This document shows, in pieces, positions 34,222 to 43,570 of a stretch of DNA of 63,569 bases (positions within the stretch are counted from its first letter, which is position 1; each line of letters begins with the position of its first letter). The position numbers and the translations under genes were made by a program. This stretch comes from Candidatus Omnitrophota bacterium. Its GTDB lineage: Bacteria; Omnitrophota; Gorgyraeia; Gygaellales; Profunditerraquicolaceae. The stretch is from assembly GCA_026387435.1 (NCBI GenBank), contig JAPLLS010000085.1, positions 1 through 63,569 of the forward strand, in the 5' to 3' direction. A model generated the notes under the pieces. The model had not been told where the DNA came from. It made no database searches and worked only from the letters and a program-made list of their open reading frames with translations.

Positions 34222-34866
34222 TCAGCTCCCCTTTTCATTAACCATACTTTTGGCCTTTTTTAAGATATCTGCGATCGATTCCGCGTCGAAAATAATGAAA
34301 AATTTCCCCTTTAAATCCCTTTTTCTTTCGCTAAAACAGGCTTCGACCAGAATTATTTGCTGGCACTCTTCTTTTCTTAAGCCCGAAAAAGCCAGATTGA
34401 CCAAAGATTTAGCTGATCCGCTGGTCAAGGTCACCGTCGAAGGAAATGCCGAAATTCCGGTAAAAGCGCTTAAGGCCGAAAGATAAGAACTTACTACGAT
34501 ATTGCCGACTTCTTTTAAAGCGGAGATCCCGATCTCGGTAAGGGTGCTGGCTCTTTCTTCATGCGCTCCGATCAAAAGGTCGATCAGCAGGTGCGAATCG
34601 CTGGTGGGAAAAACCATCAGGGCATTGCCGTGAGCTCCTCCCCAAATCTGCAGGTGTATGCCGATAACCGACTCTTCCGGATCAACCTTGAGGTAATAGG
34701 GCAATTTCTGGGGATCGACTACATGGACCGCAGGAAGCTCTAATTCAATCCTCTTACCCAGGATCTGGGCCAGGGCCGTAGTGGCGTTCCCGGCGCACAT
34801 ATTTCCTATTTCACAAAGGATGTCTTTTTCAGCTGCAGTAAACTTGACCTTGCTGGCCTTACCCAT
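34222..34866 (-). CDS. CheC/CheX-family chemotaxis phosphatase-like protein
   Basis: Duplicated CheC-type helices EKDILCEIGNMCAGNATTALAQILG and ISALKEVGNIVVSSYLSALSAF. Confidence 0.65.
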   Translation of the reverse strand: MGKASKVKFTAAEKDILCEIGNMCAGNATTALAQILGKRIELELPAVHVVDPQKLPYYLKVDPEESVIGIHLQIWGGAHGNALMVFPTSDSHLLIDLLIGAHEERASTLTEIGISALKEVGNIVVSSYLSALSAFTGISAFPSTVTLTSGSAKSLVNLAFSGLRKEECQQIILVEACFSERKRDLKGKFFIIFDAESIADILKKAKSMVNEKGS

Positions 34867-34923
34867 AGATTACCTCCCTGTTGGCTTCTTTTTAGAATAT
34901 TATATTATTTTTGCCGTAAAATA

Positions 34924-36326
34924 CTAAGTATTTTTTATAATTACTTTGGCGGCGTTGTAAGCTTGTTCTTTAGTCTTAATCTTCTTGATCGCCCGCAATT
35001 CTTCCAATTCCCTTAAAACTTTTCCGATCAAAGGCGAAGGAGGCAGCTTAAAACGCTTCATGATATCATTACCGTCCACCAGGCGCGCTTGTGGAATGTT
35101 TTTTTGTTTATTAAAATATTCTTTTAAAAGGCGCGGGATCAGTTTTTCGTAAATCTTGCGGGACTTATCCAGAAGCAAATATCCTTTAGTCGAACGTTCG
35201 TCAGCCAAAGCCAAAATCAAAACTGCTCCGGCCTCCTCTCCAGCATCGCGGAAAAACCTGAATTTGGCTTTTGCGGTCAGCACGGGATTAGTCACCAGAT
35301 ATCCCGGCCGCAAATGCATAAATACTATCCTTTTAAGCAATCTCAATTCCTCGTTGGAAGGCCGTGGAATTGCACTTTGCCTTTTTCGATCCTAAAAGTC
35401 GCAGGCTTTCCCACATCATGCAAAAGTGCGGCCAGCTTCAATAATTGAGCCCTGCTTCTTCCCGAAGAAATTTCCTTGTTCAGATAATCCCATATCTGCG
35501 GATCACGCTTAAAACTTTTAATCAATGCCTCAACATTCTTAAAAGTAAGCAGAGTGTGACCCCAGACATTTAAACGGCCAAGTGTGCGCTTTTTATTTTC
35601 TTTCATTTTCTTGATCTCGGGAAAAATCAGTTCCAGGATCTTGTAATTGTCCAATCCCTCAACGATCTCAAGGCTTTTGGGGCTGGAAAGAATCTTGAAC
35701 AATTCATCCCGGATACGCTCGCAAGAAACCGTGCTCAACTTTTTCTTTTTCAGAAATATCTGACGGTAAGTCGCGGAATCTATTTTAAATCCGAATATCG
35801 CCGCCAGGCTGAATGCCCGCATGATCCGCAAAGGGTCATCATCAAAACTTTTAGCGTAAACCCGCCTGATCAAGCCCTTAACCAGATCTTTGCGGCCGCC
35901 GTAAAGATCGATAAGCGTTTCATCAAAACTCTTTTGGCTTAAAATATCCTCTAAAGAAGCGGCCATACTGTTAATGGTAAAATCCCGGTAGAGAAGGTCA
36001 AGCTCGAGGGTCTTGCCGCGGAAATCCGAGAAATCCAGGGTGATAAGCTTGCCGCGTGACTTTTTGACCACCCGGGCGCAACCGTGGACGCAGTCCAAGA
36101 CCACAAAACCGGCTTTCATTTCCGCGGCGAGCCGGCGGGCAAAATCTATGGCTTTCGACTTAAGGCAAAAATCAAAATCCGGGTTATCTTTATCTCTGCC
36201 TAAAATTATGTCGCGCAGCGCACCCCCGACCAGATAAACTCTCGTTCTTCTCTTGGCCGAGAGATCTTGGACCGGCTTCAGCAATTCCCGGTTAATTTTG
36301 CTCCAGCGCAGGTAAAATTGATCCAT
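34924..36326 (-). pseudogene. cca: CCA-adding enzyme / poly(A) polymerase-family tRNA nucleotidyltransferase with HD domain, split into two frames (frameshift with apparent loss of ~17-20 codons)
   Basis: Head domain VYLVGGALRDIILGR...DFDF. HD motif LLHDVGKPATF...VQFHG, then a stop after 5 more codons. The -1 frame continues SNEELRLLKRIVFMHLRPGYL (ORF 34924-35346). The segment normally found between FxGH and the HxRP helix is missing. Confidence 0.6.
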
Positions 36327-36329
36327 GGT

Positions 36330-36803
36330 TTATACTTTATATATTTTGGCTTCCAGGGTTTGCAGATCAACCACAGCAACGCTCGCGTTTCCCGAAAGCC
36401 ACCCCGAACACTCTCCGGGGTTAAGAATAAGCCTGCCTTTAAGCCGGAATATCTCAACTTTGTGAGAATGGCCGAATATGATCAAATCCGCTTTTTCTTT
36501 TTCGAAATCCAGGGTAAGACGGTCATGGACAACAGTGATCTTCCTGCCGTCCAGCCGGATGCGCAGAGGCGCCTTCCTGATCCGGCTTTCTGACTTCTCG
36601 GCCAAGCCCTTCTTTTCTCCGTCGTTATTCCCAAAAACTCCCAGCCATTCGCAGGAGAGTTTTCTCAATTTGTCTATCGTAAAAGGAGCGACAAAATCAC
36701 CGGCATGCAAAACAAAACCGGCTTTTTTCTGATTGAATAACTTTACTGCTTTTTCGATCCTGGGAAGGTTATCGTGGGTATCGGAAAGTACACCTATTCT
36801 CAT
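36330..36803 (-). CDS. YfcE/MJ0936-family metallophosphoesterase
   Basis: MRIGVLSDTHDN, HAGDF, GNND, and FGHSH motifs. Confidence 0.8.
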   Translation of the reverse strand: MRIGVLSDTHDNLPRIEKAVKLFNQKKAGFVLHAGDFVAPFTIDKLRKLSCEWLGVFGNNDGEKKGLAEKSESRIRKAPLRIRLDGRKITVVHDRLTLDFEKEKADLIIFGHSHKVEIFRLKGRLILNPGECSGWLSGNASVAVVDLQTLEAKIYKV

Positions 36804-37210
36804 TTTCCTTTATTGAAGGCTTCCATCTGTTTCAAAACATCTTCTTCGACGAATATGGGCGCCTTAGCCCGGACACAAAGAGCGATGCTGTCCGATGGCC
36901 TGGCGTCGGCGATCTTTGTTTCCCCGGATTTTGTTTTAAAGACGACTTTAGCGTAAAAAATATTGTTCTCGAGTTTATCGATAATGATCTTTTCGACCCG
37001 GGCTTCGAGGACATTGATAACGGAAAATAAAAGGTCGTGAGTTATCGGCCGCGGCGGATTGACGCCGGAAATTTTGGATTTGATGGCGGCGATCTCGTTC
37101 AAGCCTATCACGATAGGCATAACCCTTTCCCCGTCTTTCTCTTTCAAAACTATCAGCTGCTCATGCCTGTTTTCGTCTATGACGATCTTGTTCAACTCCA
37201 TCTCGACCAT
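36800..37210 (-). CDS. Bifunctional nuclease (BFN/DUF151) domain protein
   Basis: PIVIGLNEIAAI...PRPITHDLL...ADARPSDSIALCVRAKAPIFV matches the DUF151 core. Confidence 0.8.
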   Translation of the reverse strand: MVEMELNKIVIDENRHEQLIVLKEKDGERVMPIVIGLNEIAAIKSKISGVNPPRPITHDLLFSVINVLEARVEKIIIDKLENNIFYAKVVFKTKSGETKIADARPSDSIALCVRAKAPIFVEEDVLKQMEAFNKGK

Positions 37211-37222
37211 AGCCAGCGCTCC

Positions 37223-37705
37223 TTATTTTTTTCTTTGCCGGGCTTTGCGTTTTTCTTTATTCAGCATGTCTTTTAATTCCACCATGAACTGCTCAACGTC
37301 CCGGAACTGCCGGTACACCGAGGCAAAACGCACATAGGCGACGTCGTCAAGCCCTTTAAGCCTCTCCATGACCAGCTCGCCGATGCGTGTCGATGCCACC
37401 TCGCGCGCCGGCTTTTTCTGGAGCACGCGTTCCACCTGAATGACGATCTCCTCCATCTTATCCATGCTCACCGGCCTTTTTTCGCAGGCTTTGATGATCC
37501 CGGAAAGGATCTTCTTGCGGTCAAAAGGCTGCCTGCGCCCGTCTTTTTTGATCACCATTAAAGACGGCTCTTCGATATATTCGTAGGTGGTAAAACGCTT
37601 GCCGCATTTAAGACACTCCCGCCTGCGCCGGATCGCCCGTTCTTCCTGAATGGAGCGGGAATCAACCACTTTATCTTCCTTATAGCCGCAGAATGAGCAT
37701 CTCAT
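37223..37705 (-). CDS. nrdR: Transcriptional repressor NrdR (zinc ribbon plus ATP-cone)
   Basis: [17 protein letters not shown]...[17 protein letters not shown] and a C-terminal ATP-cone ([12 protein letters not shown]). Confidence 0.9.
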   Translation of the reverse strand: MRCSFCGYKEDKVVDSRSIQEERAIRRRRECLKCGKRFTTYEYIEEPSLMVIKKDGRRQPFDRKKILSGIIKACEKRPVSMDKMEEIVIQVERVLQKKPAREVASTRIGELVMERLKGLDDVAYVRFASVYRQFRDVEQFMVELKDMLNKEKRKARQRKK

Positions 37706-37721
37706 CTGTTTATCCCCCCAG

Positions 37722-38228
37722 CTAAATTTTTCTCAATTCCAATTTTCTGACTTTTATTTTTGCTTCCTTGAGCATTTTCCCGGACATTTCATCCGGATAT
37801 CCTTCGGCGATTACGATCTCGGTAACTCCGGCATTGATCAGCATTTTTGCGCAGATAATACAGGGCTGATTAGTAATATAGATAGTACTGTCCTTAACGC
37901 TTATCCCGTAGAGCGATGCCTGGATGATCGCATTCTGCTCCCCATGCAGGCCGCGGCATAATTCATGGCGCTGGCCGGAAGGAATCTTGAGCTTGTCGCG
38001 CACGCAGCCGGTTTCCAGACAATGTTTAAGCCCCCGGGGCGCGCCGTTATAGCCGGTAGCGAGCATGCGTTTATCTTTAACGATCACCGCGCCCACGTTG
38101 CGGCGGATGCAAGTCGAGCGCTGGGAAACCAAATGCGCGATCTGCATGAAATATTCGTCCCAGCTTATTCTCTTATGTTTTTTATTTTTTTCAACCTGTG
38201 ACTTTGTGACCCTGTGACCTTGTGACAT
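37722..38228 (-). CDS. dCMP deaminase (ComEB/CDA family)
   Basis: Zinc motifs HGEQNAI and [14 protein letters not shown]-terminal extension [20 protein letters not shown] is encoded by the octamer-repeat element. Confidence 0.85.
   Translation of the reverse strand: MSQGHRVTKSQVEKNKKHKRISWDEYFMQIAHLVSQRSTCIRRNVGAVIVKDKRMLATGYNGAPRGLKHCLETGCVRDKLKIPSGQRHELCRGLHGEQNAIIQASLYGISVKDSTIYITNQPCIICAKMLINAGVTEIVIAEGYPDEMSGKMLKEAKIKVRKLELRKI
38195..38226 (-). repeat. Octamer-periodic element, copy a (4 x GTCACARR) forming the first codons of the dCMP deaminase gene
   Basis: Minus strand: AT-GTCACAAG-GTCACAGG-GTCACAAA-GTCACAGG-TT. Confidence 0.85.
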
Positions 38229-38239
38229 GTATGACCTTT

Positions 38240-39496
38240 CTACTCGATCATCCCTTTCAACTCCGGATACAACGGGAATTTCTCGGTTAATTCCAATACC
38301 CCTGCCTTTATCTCCTTCAATTTCTTGGGATCACTGCGGAATTTTATTGCCTCGTCTATAAAGCCGGCGATCAACTCGATCTGCGGCTCTTTGATCCCGC
38401 GGGTAGTGATTGCCGGAGTCCCGATGCGCACTCCGCTGGCCTGCTGCGGCGGCATAGGATCATAGGGGATCAGATTCTTGTTTAAAGTAATATTGACGCT
38501 CTCCAGCAAAACCTGGGCATCGCGGCCGGAGATCATCTTTCCGGTAAGATCCACCAGGAACATGTGATTGTCCGTTCCGCCGGAGACAATGCGGAATCCT
38601 TTTTGCTCTAAGGCCTGGGCGAACTTGCGGCTGTTTTTGACGATCTGTTTCTGGTACTCTTTGAATTTATCCGACTTGGCTTCCAGGAAGGCCACGGCTT
38701 TTGCGGCGATGACATGCATTAGCGGCCCTCCCTGCATGCCGGGAAAAACGTAGGAATCCAAAGCTTTGGCGTATTTTTCTTTAGCCAGGATAAAACCTCC
38801 GCGCGGGCCGCGCAAAGTCTTGTGGGTAGTGGAACTGACGAAATCCGCATAAGGGACCGGCGAAGGATGGACTCCTGCGGCGACAAGCCCGGCGATATGG
38901 GCCATATCCACGAACATCAAAGCCTCGACCTTATCACAGATGCTCTTTAGCTTCTTGAAATCTATTTCCCGCGAGTAAGCCGAAGCCCCGGCCAGGATCA
39001 TTTTCGGCTTGACTTTCAGCGCCGAAACTTCTAGCGCGTCGTAATCTATGCATTCGGTCTTTTTATCCACTCCGTAAGGCACTGCTTTATAGAACATCCC
39101 GGAAAAATTATGCGGATGGCCATGAGAAAGATGTCCTCCGCAGGCCAGATCCATGGCCATATAGGTATCCCCAGGTTTTAAAGCCGCCAGGAAAACAGCC
39201 AGGTTGGCTTGAGTCCCGGAATGCGGCTGGACATTAGCGCATTCGGCGCCGAAAAGTTCTTTGGCGCGCTGGATCGCCAGATCCTCCACCACATCCACAT
39301 ACTCGCATCCTCCGTACCAGCGGCGGCCGGGGTAACCTTCGGCGTACTTGTTGGTCAAAACCGATCCCTGGGCTTCCAACACCGCTAGAGAAGTAAAATT
39401 CTCCGAGGCGATCAGTTCCAGGTTATCCTGCTGCCTTTTGATCTCATTCTTGATTGCTTTGTAAATTTCCGGGTCAATATTCTTTAAATGTTTCAT
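38240..39496 (-). CDS. glyA: Serine hydroxymethyltransferase
   Basis: [24 protein letters not shown]-type motif, and [12 protein letters not shown] with the PLP lysine. Confidence 0.95.
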   Translation of the reverse strand: MKHLKNIDPEIYKAIKNEIKRQQDNLELIASENFTSLAVLEAQGSVLTNKYAEGYPGRRWYGGCEYVDVVEDLAIQRAKELFGAECANVQPHSGTQANLAVFLAALKPGDTYMAMDLACGGHLSHGHPHNFSGMFYKAVPYGVDKKTECIDYDALEVSALKVKPKMILAGASAYSREIDFKKLKSICDKVEALMFVDMAHIAGLVAAGVHPSPVPYADFVSSTTHKTLRGPRGGFILAKEKYAKALDSYVFPGMQGGPLMHVIAAKAVAFLEAKSDKFKEYQKQIVKNSRKFAQALEQKGFRIVSGGTDNHMFLVDLTGKMISGRDAQVLLESVNITLNKNLIPYDPMPPQQASGVRIGTPAITTRGIKEPQIELIAGFIDEAIKFRSDPKKLKEIKAGVLELTEKFPLYPELKGMIE

Positions 39497-39511
39497 GTTT
39501 ACCGCCTTATT

Positions 39512-39970
39512 TTACCTTTCTTTGGCGATCTCGATCTCTATCTTCCGGATCTGGTTTATCCTTCTTTTGTGCCTTCCTCCGGCGAACGGCTCGACCAGCC
39601 AGACGCTGGTAATTTTGCGGGCGAGTTTTTCATCCACGAAACTCGCGCCCATTACCAGCATGTTGCTGTCGTTGTGCTGCCGGGACAACTTGGCAGCCTT
39701 AACATTATAGCACAGCGCCGCGCGCACTCGAGGCAGTTTATTGGCGACGATCGAATTGCCTATGCCGGTTTTACAGATCAAAATCCCTCTTTTGAATTTT
39801 CCGATGGAAACTTCTTTGGCTGCCGCGTAAGCGAATTCGGGGTAATCGCAGCGCTGGGCGGAATACGGACCGACATCCTTGACCTTCAGACCTTTTTTCT
39901 CGAGGAAGATCTTTAATTTTTCCTTGAGGGCGAATCCGCCGTGATCGGAACCTATTATTATTTTTTCCAT
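39512..39970 (-). CDS. rpiB: Ribose-5-phosphate isomerase B
   Basis: IIIGSDHGGFALKE...ILICKTGIGNSIVANK...RQHNDSNML. Confidence 0.9.
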   Translation of the reverse strand: MEKIIIGSDHGGFALKEKLKIFLEKKGLKVKDVGPYSAQRCDYPEFAYAAAKEVSIGKFKRGILICKTGIGNSIVANKLPRVRAALCYNVKAAKLSRQHNDSNMLVMGASFVDEKLARKITSVWLVEPFAGGRHKRRINQIRKIEIEIAKER

Positions 39971-39997
39971 TTCCTTAAATCCTTTCCGTTCTATTTA

Positions 39998-41059
39998 TTA
40001 TATCAACAGGCTGACTTTGTCTACCGCATCCCTGATAATCCCCAGGGTTACAGAATAAAATTCCGCCGACTTTCCGATGGGGTCGGGAATATTAAGATTA
40101 TTGTCGTTGACCCCGGCAAATTCCTTTAAAAGAAAAAGACGCTTGACCACCCAGGGAGCCATCTGAATGATCCTGTCCTCGTGGACCTTCTCCATCACCA
40201 AGATCAGGTCCGCTTTATTAAGCTTATCCATGGTCAACCTCCGGGAAACATGCCCGGTTACGTCCATGCCTTCGCGCCTTAAAAGTTCGATAGTTTCATA
40301 ACTGGCGCCTAATCCGTCGGCCATCATGATCCCCGCCGACGATACTTCGATACCCCGGCGGTTTGTGTCCTTTAATTTTTTCTTTAAAAGTGCCTCAGCC
40401 ATGACCGAGCGGCAGGAATTGCCCGTGCAAACAAAAAGCACGATCTTGGTTTTAGCGACACTTAAGACCCCTTCTTTTTTTAATGCTCCTTCCCGCAGCA
40501 CTTGCGGCGGATCGACGGTAAGGTCGACTACGGTAGATTCTACGCCCAGATGAGTATCTCCGGCATCGATCGCCAGATCCACCAGGCCGTTTAAGTCTTT
40601 GAGCGCCGCAGCAAAAGTAGTCGGCGCCGGTTTTCCCGAGATATTCGCAGACGGGCAAACAATCGGCACATCCGCCAGAGTTATTATCCGGCGCAGTATC
40701 TGGCTATCCGCAAGCCTTATGCGTATAGTAGTATTATCTACAGCCCGAAAGATCATCGTCAACGGCCCCGGCCAAAATTTATCCATGAGCTTAAAAGCGG
40801 CTATGGGAATGTCCTTGGCGACCTCCACAACTTTCTCCTGCTCTCCGATATGCAGGGAATAAGGTTTGTTCGCAGGCCGGCCCTTTATCTTTGACAATCT
40901 CTCCAGCGTCTTTTGATTAAGATTATTGGCGGCGATCCCGTAAACCGTCTCCGTGGGCACGATAACCAAGCCGCCATCCTTGATCACATCCGCAGCCTGC
41001 AAAAGCATTTTTTCTTCGGGCTTTTCAGGATTTATTTTTATAACTCTGGTTGAACTCAT
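39998..41059 (-). CDS. Fusion: L-threonylcarbamoyladenylate synthase (Sua5/YwlC/TsaC, YrdC domain) plus a low-molecular-weight protein phosphatase (YwlE-like)
   Basis: N-terminal YrdC domain GGLVIVPTETVYGIAAN...PSANISGKP. C-terminal LMW-PTP P-loop VLFVCTGNSCRSVMAE (CX5R-S) and DP motif IPDPIG. Confidence 0.8.
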   Translation of the reverse strand: MSSTRVIKINPEKPEEKMLLQAADVIKDGGLVIVPTETVYGIAANNLNQKTLERLSKIKGRPANKPYSLHIGEQEKVVEVAKDIPIAAFKLMDKFWPGPLTMIFRAVDNTTIRIRLADSQILRRIITLADVPIVCPSANISGKPAPTTFAAALKDLNGLVDLAIDAGDTHLGVESTVVDLTVDPPQVLREGALKKEGVLSVAKTKIVLFVCTGNSCRSVMAEALLKKKLKDTNRRGIEVSSAGIMMADGLGASYETIELLRREGMDVTGHVSRRLTMDKLNKADLILVMEKVHEDRIIQMAPWVVKRLFLLKEFAGVNDNNLNIPDPIGKSAEFYSVTLGIIRDAVDKVSLLI

Positions 41060-41541
41060 AACTTGATCCTTATCTTGGTGACCTTGGCTTTCATATCCTG
41101 ACGGTAACGGCCGAGCTGTGAACCGATCTTTTTATCGTTTGAACCCAGGATCTCCAGGGCGAAAATGGCCGCGTTCTTAGCTCCGGCGCTGCCGATAGCC
41201 ATGGAAGCCACCGGGATGCCTGCAGGCATTTGCACGGTAGATAATAACGAATCCAGCCCTTTAAGGCTGGAGCTTTCAATAGGGATCCCGATAACCGGAA
41301 AGGTGGTATGGGCGGCGATCACTCCGGCCAAAGCCGCTGCTCCGCCGGCCGCGGCAATAAAAACCTTGGCTCCGTTCTTAGAGCAAGCTTCAACGTATTT
41401 AGTCAGTTCTTTGGGGGTCCGGTGAGCCGACAAAACTCTTACCTCAAATTCAGCTTTAAATTCTTTTAAGATATCGATCCCGCCCCTGACAGCCTCTAGA
41501 TCCGACTTGCTGCCCATGACGACGCAAATTTTCTTGCTCAT
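41056..41541 (-). CDS. purE: N5-carboxyaminoimidazole ribonucleotide mutase
   Basis: VVMGSKSDL...SAHRTP...AAGGAAALAGVIAAHTTFPVIGIP. Start set at ATG 41541 (GGAGG 7 nt upstream), which removes the overlap with purD. Confidence 0.9.
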   Translation of the reverse strand: MSKKICVVMGSKSDLEAVRGGIDILKEFKAEFEVRVLSAHRTPKELTKYVEACSKNGAKVFIAAAGGAAALAGVIAAHTTFPVIGIPIESSSLKGLDSLLSTVQMPAGIPVASMAIGSAGAKNAAIFALEILGSNDKKIGSQLGRYRQDMKAKVTKIRIKL

Positions 41542-41566
41542 AGATCCTCCGGATTTTTTTGATTCA

Positions 41567-42847
41567 TTATTTGATCGCTTTCGCCCCGATATCTTTGCGA
41601 AAGTGCATGCCTTCAAAATGAATTTTATCTACCGCGAGGTATGCCTTATTGACCGCATCCTTAATGGTCCGGCCCAAACCGGTAACCCCGAGCACCCTGC
41701 CTCCCGCGGTCAAGAATTTGCCGGCCACCAGCCTGGTCCCGGCGTGAAAAACCATCGTATCATTGATCTTAGCCGCATCCTCAAGCCCCGAAATTTCCTT
41801 ATCCTTCTGGTAATCTCCGGGGTACCCGCCGGAAGCGCAGACCACGCAGGCACAAGCCCGGTTATCCCATTTTAGCCCGCCGGACTTGACAATCTGACTC
41901 AGGTTTTGGTTGGAGGTAGCCATCATCACTTCCAAAAGGTCCGATTTCAAACGCGGCAGGATAGCCTGGGTTTCCGGGTCGCCGAAACGAACGTTAAACT
42001 CCAAAGCTTTAGGCCCTTGCGGAGTAAGCATCACTCCGGCATATAAAACTCCTTTATAGGTTATTCCTTCTTTCATTAAACCTTCAATAGTCCGGTAAAC
42101 TATTTTCTCCAGAATTTCCTGGAATATCGGCCGGGTCACTATTGGTGCCGGAGAATAAGCGCCCATCCCGCCGGTATTCGGGCCACGGTCATTGTCAAAA
42201 ACCCTTTTATGATCCTGGCTGGAAGCCAAGGGAATGACTTCCCGGGAATCAGTAAAAACCAGGATCGACGCTTCCTGGCCTTGCAAACAATCTTCAATAA
42301 TTATTCTGTCTCCTGCTGCTCCGAATATCCGCTCTTCCATCATCGCCACCACTGCTTGCTTGGCTTCATCGGGATTCTGGGCGACTACCACCCCTTTGCC
42401 CGCAGCCAGGCCGTCGGCTTTGACTACGCAGGGGGCATTGATCCTATCAATATACTTCTTGGCTTTGTCGGGATCGTCAAAGATCTCAAAAGCGGCTGTC
42501 GGAACTTTATACTTGGCCATGATCTGCTTGGAGAAAACCTTGCTGCCTTCCATCTGGGCCGCGGCTTTATTCGGGCCAAAAACATCCAGGCCGCATTTGG
42601 AAAGCTCATCAACAATACCCGCACATAACGGGACCTCCGGGCCGACAACTGTAAAGTCGATTCTTTCTTTAATGCAAAATTCCGCCAGAGCCGGGATATC
42701 GTCAGCCTTAAAAGGAATGCATTCCGCCAATTTAGAGATCCCGCCGTTACCCGGAGCGCAAAAGATCTTCTTGACATTCTGGGATTGGCTCAATTTCCAG
42801 ACCAGCGCGTGTTCCCTTCCTCCTGAACCGATAACTAATATTTTCAT
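41567..42847 (-). CDS. purD: Phosphoribosylamine-glycine ligase
   Basis: MKILVIGSGGREHALVWKL, ATP-grasp core, PNTGGMGAYSP. Confidence 0.95.
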   Translation of the reverse strand: MKILVIGSGGREHALVWKLSQSQNVKKIFCAPGNGGISKLAECIPFKADDIPALAEFCIKERIDFTVVGPEVPLCAGIVDELSKCGLDVFGPNKAAAQMEGSKVFSKQIMAKYKVPTAAFEIFDDPDKAKKYIDRINAPCVVKADGLAAGKGVVVAQNPDEAKQAVVAMMEERIFGAAGDRIIIEDCLQGQEASILVFTDSREVIPLASSQDHKRVFDNDRGPNTGGMGAYSPAPIVTRPIFQEILEKIVYRTIEGLMKEGITYKGVLYAGVMLTPQGPKALEFNVRFGDPETQAILPRLKSDLLEVMMATSNQNLSQIVKSGGLKWDNRACACVVCASGGYPGDYQKDKEISGLEDAAKINDTMVFHAGTRLVAGKFLTAGGRVLGVTGLGRTIKDAVNKAYLAVDKIHFEGMHFRKDIGAKAIK

Positions 42848-42886
42848 AGTATCTTCTTTATCAACGACCCGGCGAGTGCCGCTAGA

Positions 42887-43537
42887 TCAAGGATTAAATT
42901 CATCTGCACCACTCTTAAACGGATGCTCTTTTAAAACGTTGTCAAAGGTAGCTGTATCGGAAAATCTGATACACAATTCCCTGGCTTGCTTTTTTATATT
43001 ATTTTTAGTTGTTTTTGCGTTTTCTATAAATTTTAAATATTTTTCGTGCTCATCTTTAAGCCAATCCACAGTTTCAAATTTTTCCTCTTTCGCAGATAGC
43101 AATAAGCCCTTGATCTGCCCATCCATCTTTTTAATATACTCATCCACTGATTCCAGGCACGTGTTTACTCTATCGATATGAGTGATTAAATGGTCTTCGC
43201 TACGCAAAGCTCCGCGCTTATTAAAATCTATAGTTAACCTTCCCTTTTCCCTGCTGTTGGATATTATACGTTCTTGTAACCAGGCATTGGCATCTTCTAA
43301 AATTTTATTAACTTCAACTTTAATAACTTCTCCGCTCTTCTGATTAACCTCTTTAATTGGGGTTGCTTTATCCTCTTTAATCGGCGCTACATTATTTTCT
43401 CTTTTACTAAACTTGGCCGAATAACCGGAAAATATATTAAACTTTAAGCAAAATATCAAAATAATCCCGGCAAATAAAACAAACCCAAGCAAAAAGTACT
43501 TTCTGAGAAAAGCGGTAACTGCCGATAAAAAATTCAT
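42887..43537 (-). CDS. Membrane-anchored hypothetical protein (A+T-rich ORFan inside the pur operon)
   Basis: One N-terminal TM helix (YFLLGFVLFAGIILIFCL), then a Lys/Glu-rich helical region. Composition differs sharply from its neighbours (15 of 60 bases G/C in 43021-43080). Confidence 0.5.
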   Translation of the reverse strand: MNFLSAVTAFLRKYFLLGFVLFAGIILIFCLKFNIFSGYSAKFSKRENNVAPIKEDKATPIKEVNQKSGEVIKVEVNKILEDANAWLQERIISNSREKGRLTIDFNKRGALRSEDHLITHIDRVNTCLESVDEYIKKMDGQIKGLLLSAKEEKFETVDWLKDEHEKYLKFIENAKTTKNNIKKQARELCIRFSDTATFDNVLKEHPFKSGADEFNP

Positions 43538-43570
43538 GTCTTCCTCTGGCTGTTTTAAAAAGCAGATTTG

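Noticed and set aside
41084-41100. Fourth, partial copy of the octamer element at the purE 3' end (AAGGTCACCAAG)
   Set aside because: This is a single octamer-like unit with a mismatch. It is too short to distinguish from chance Lys-Val-Thr-Lys coding.
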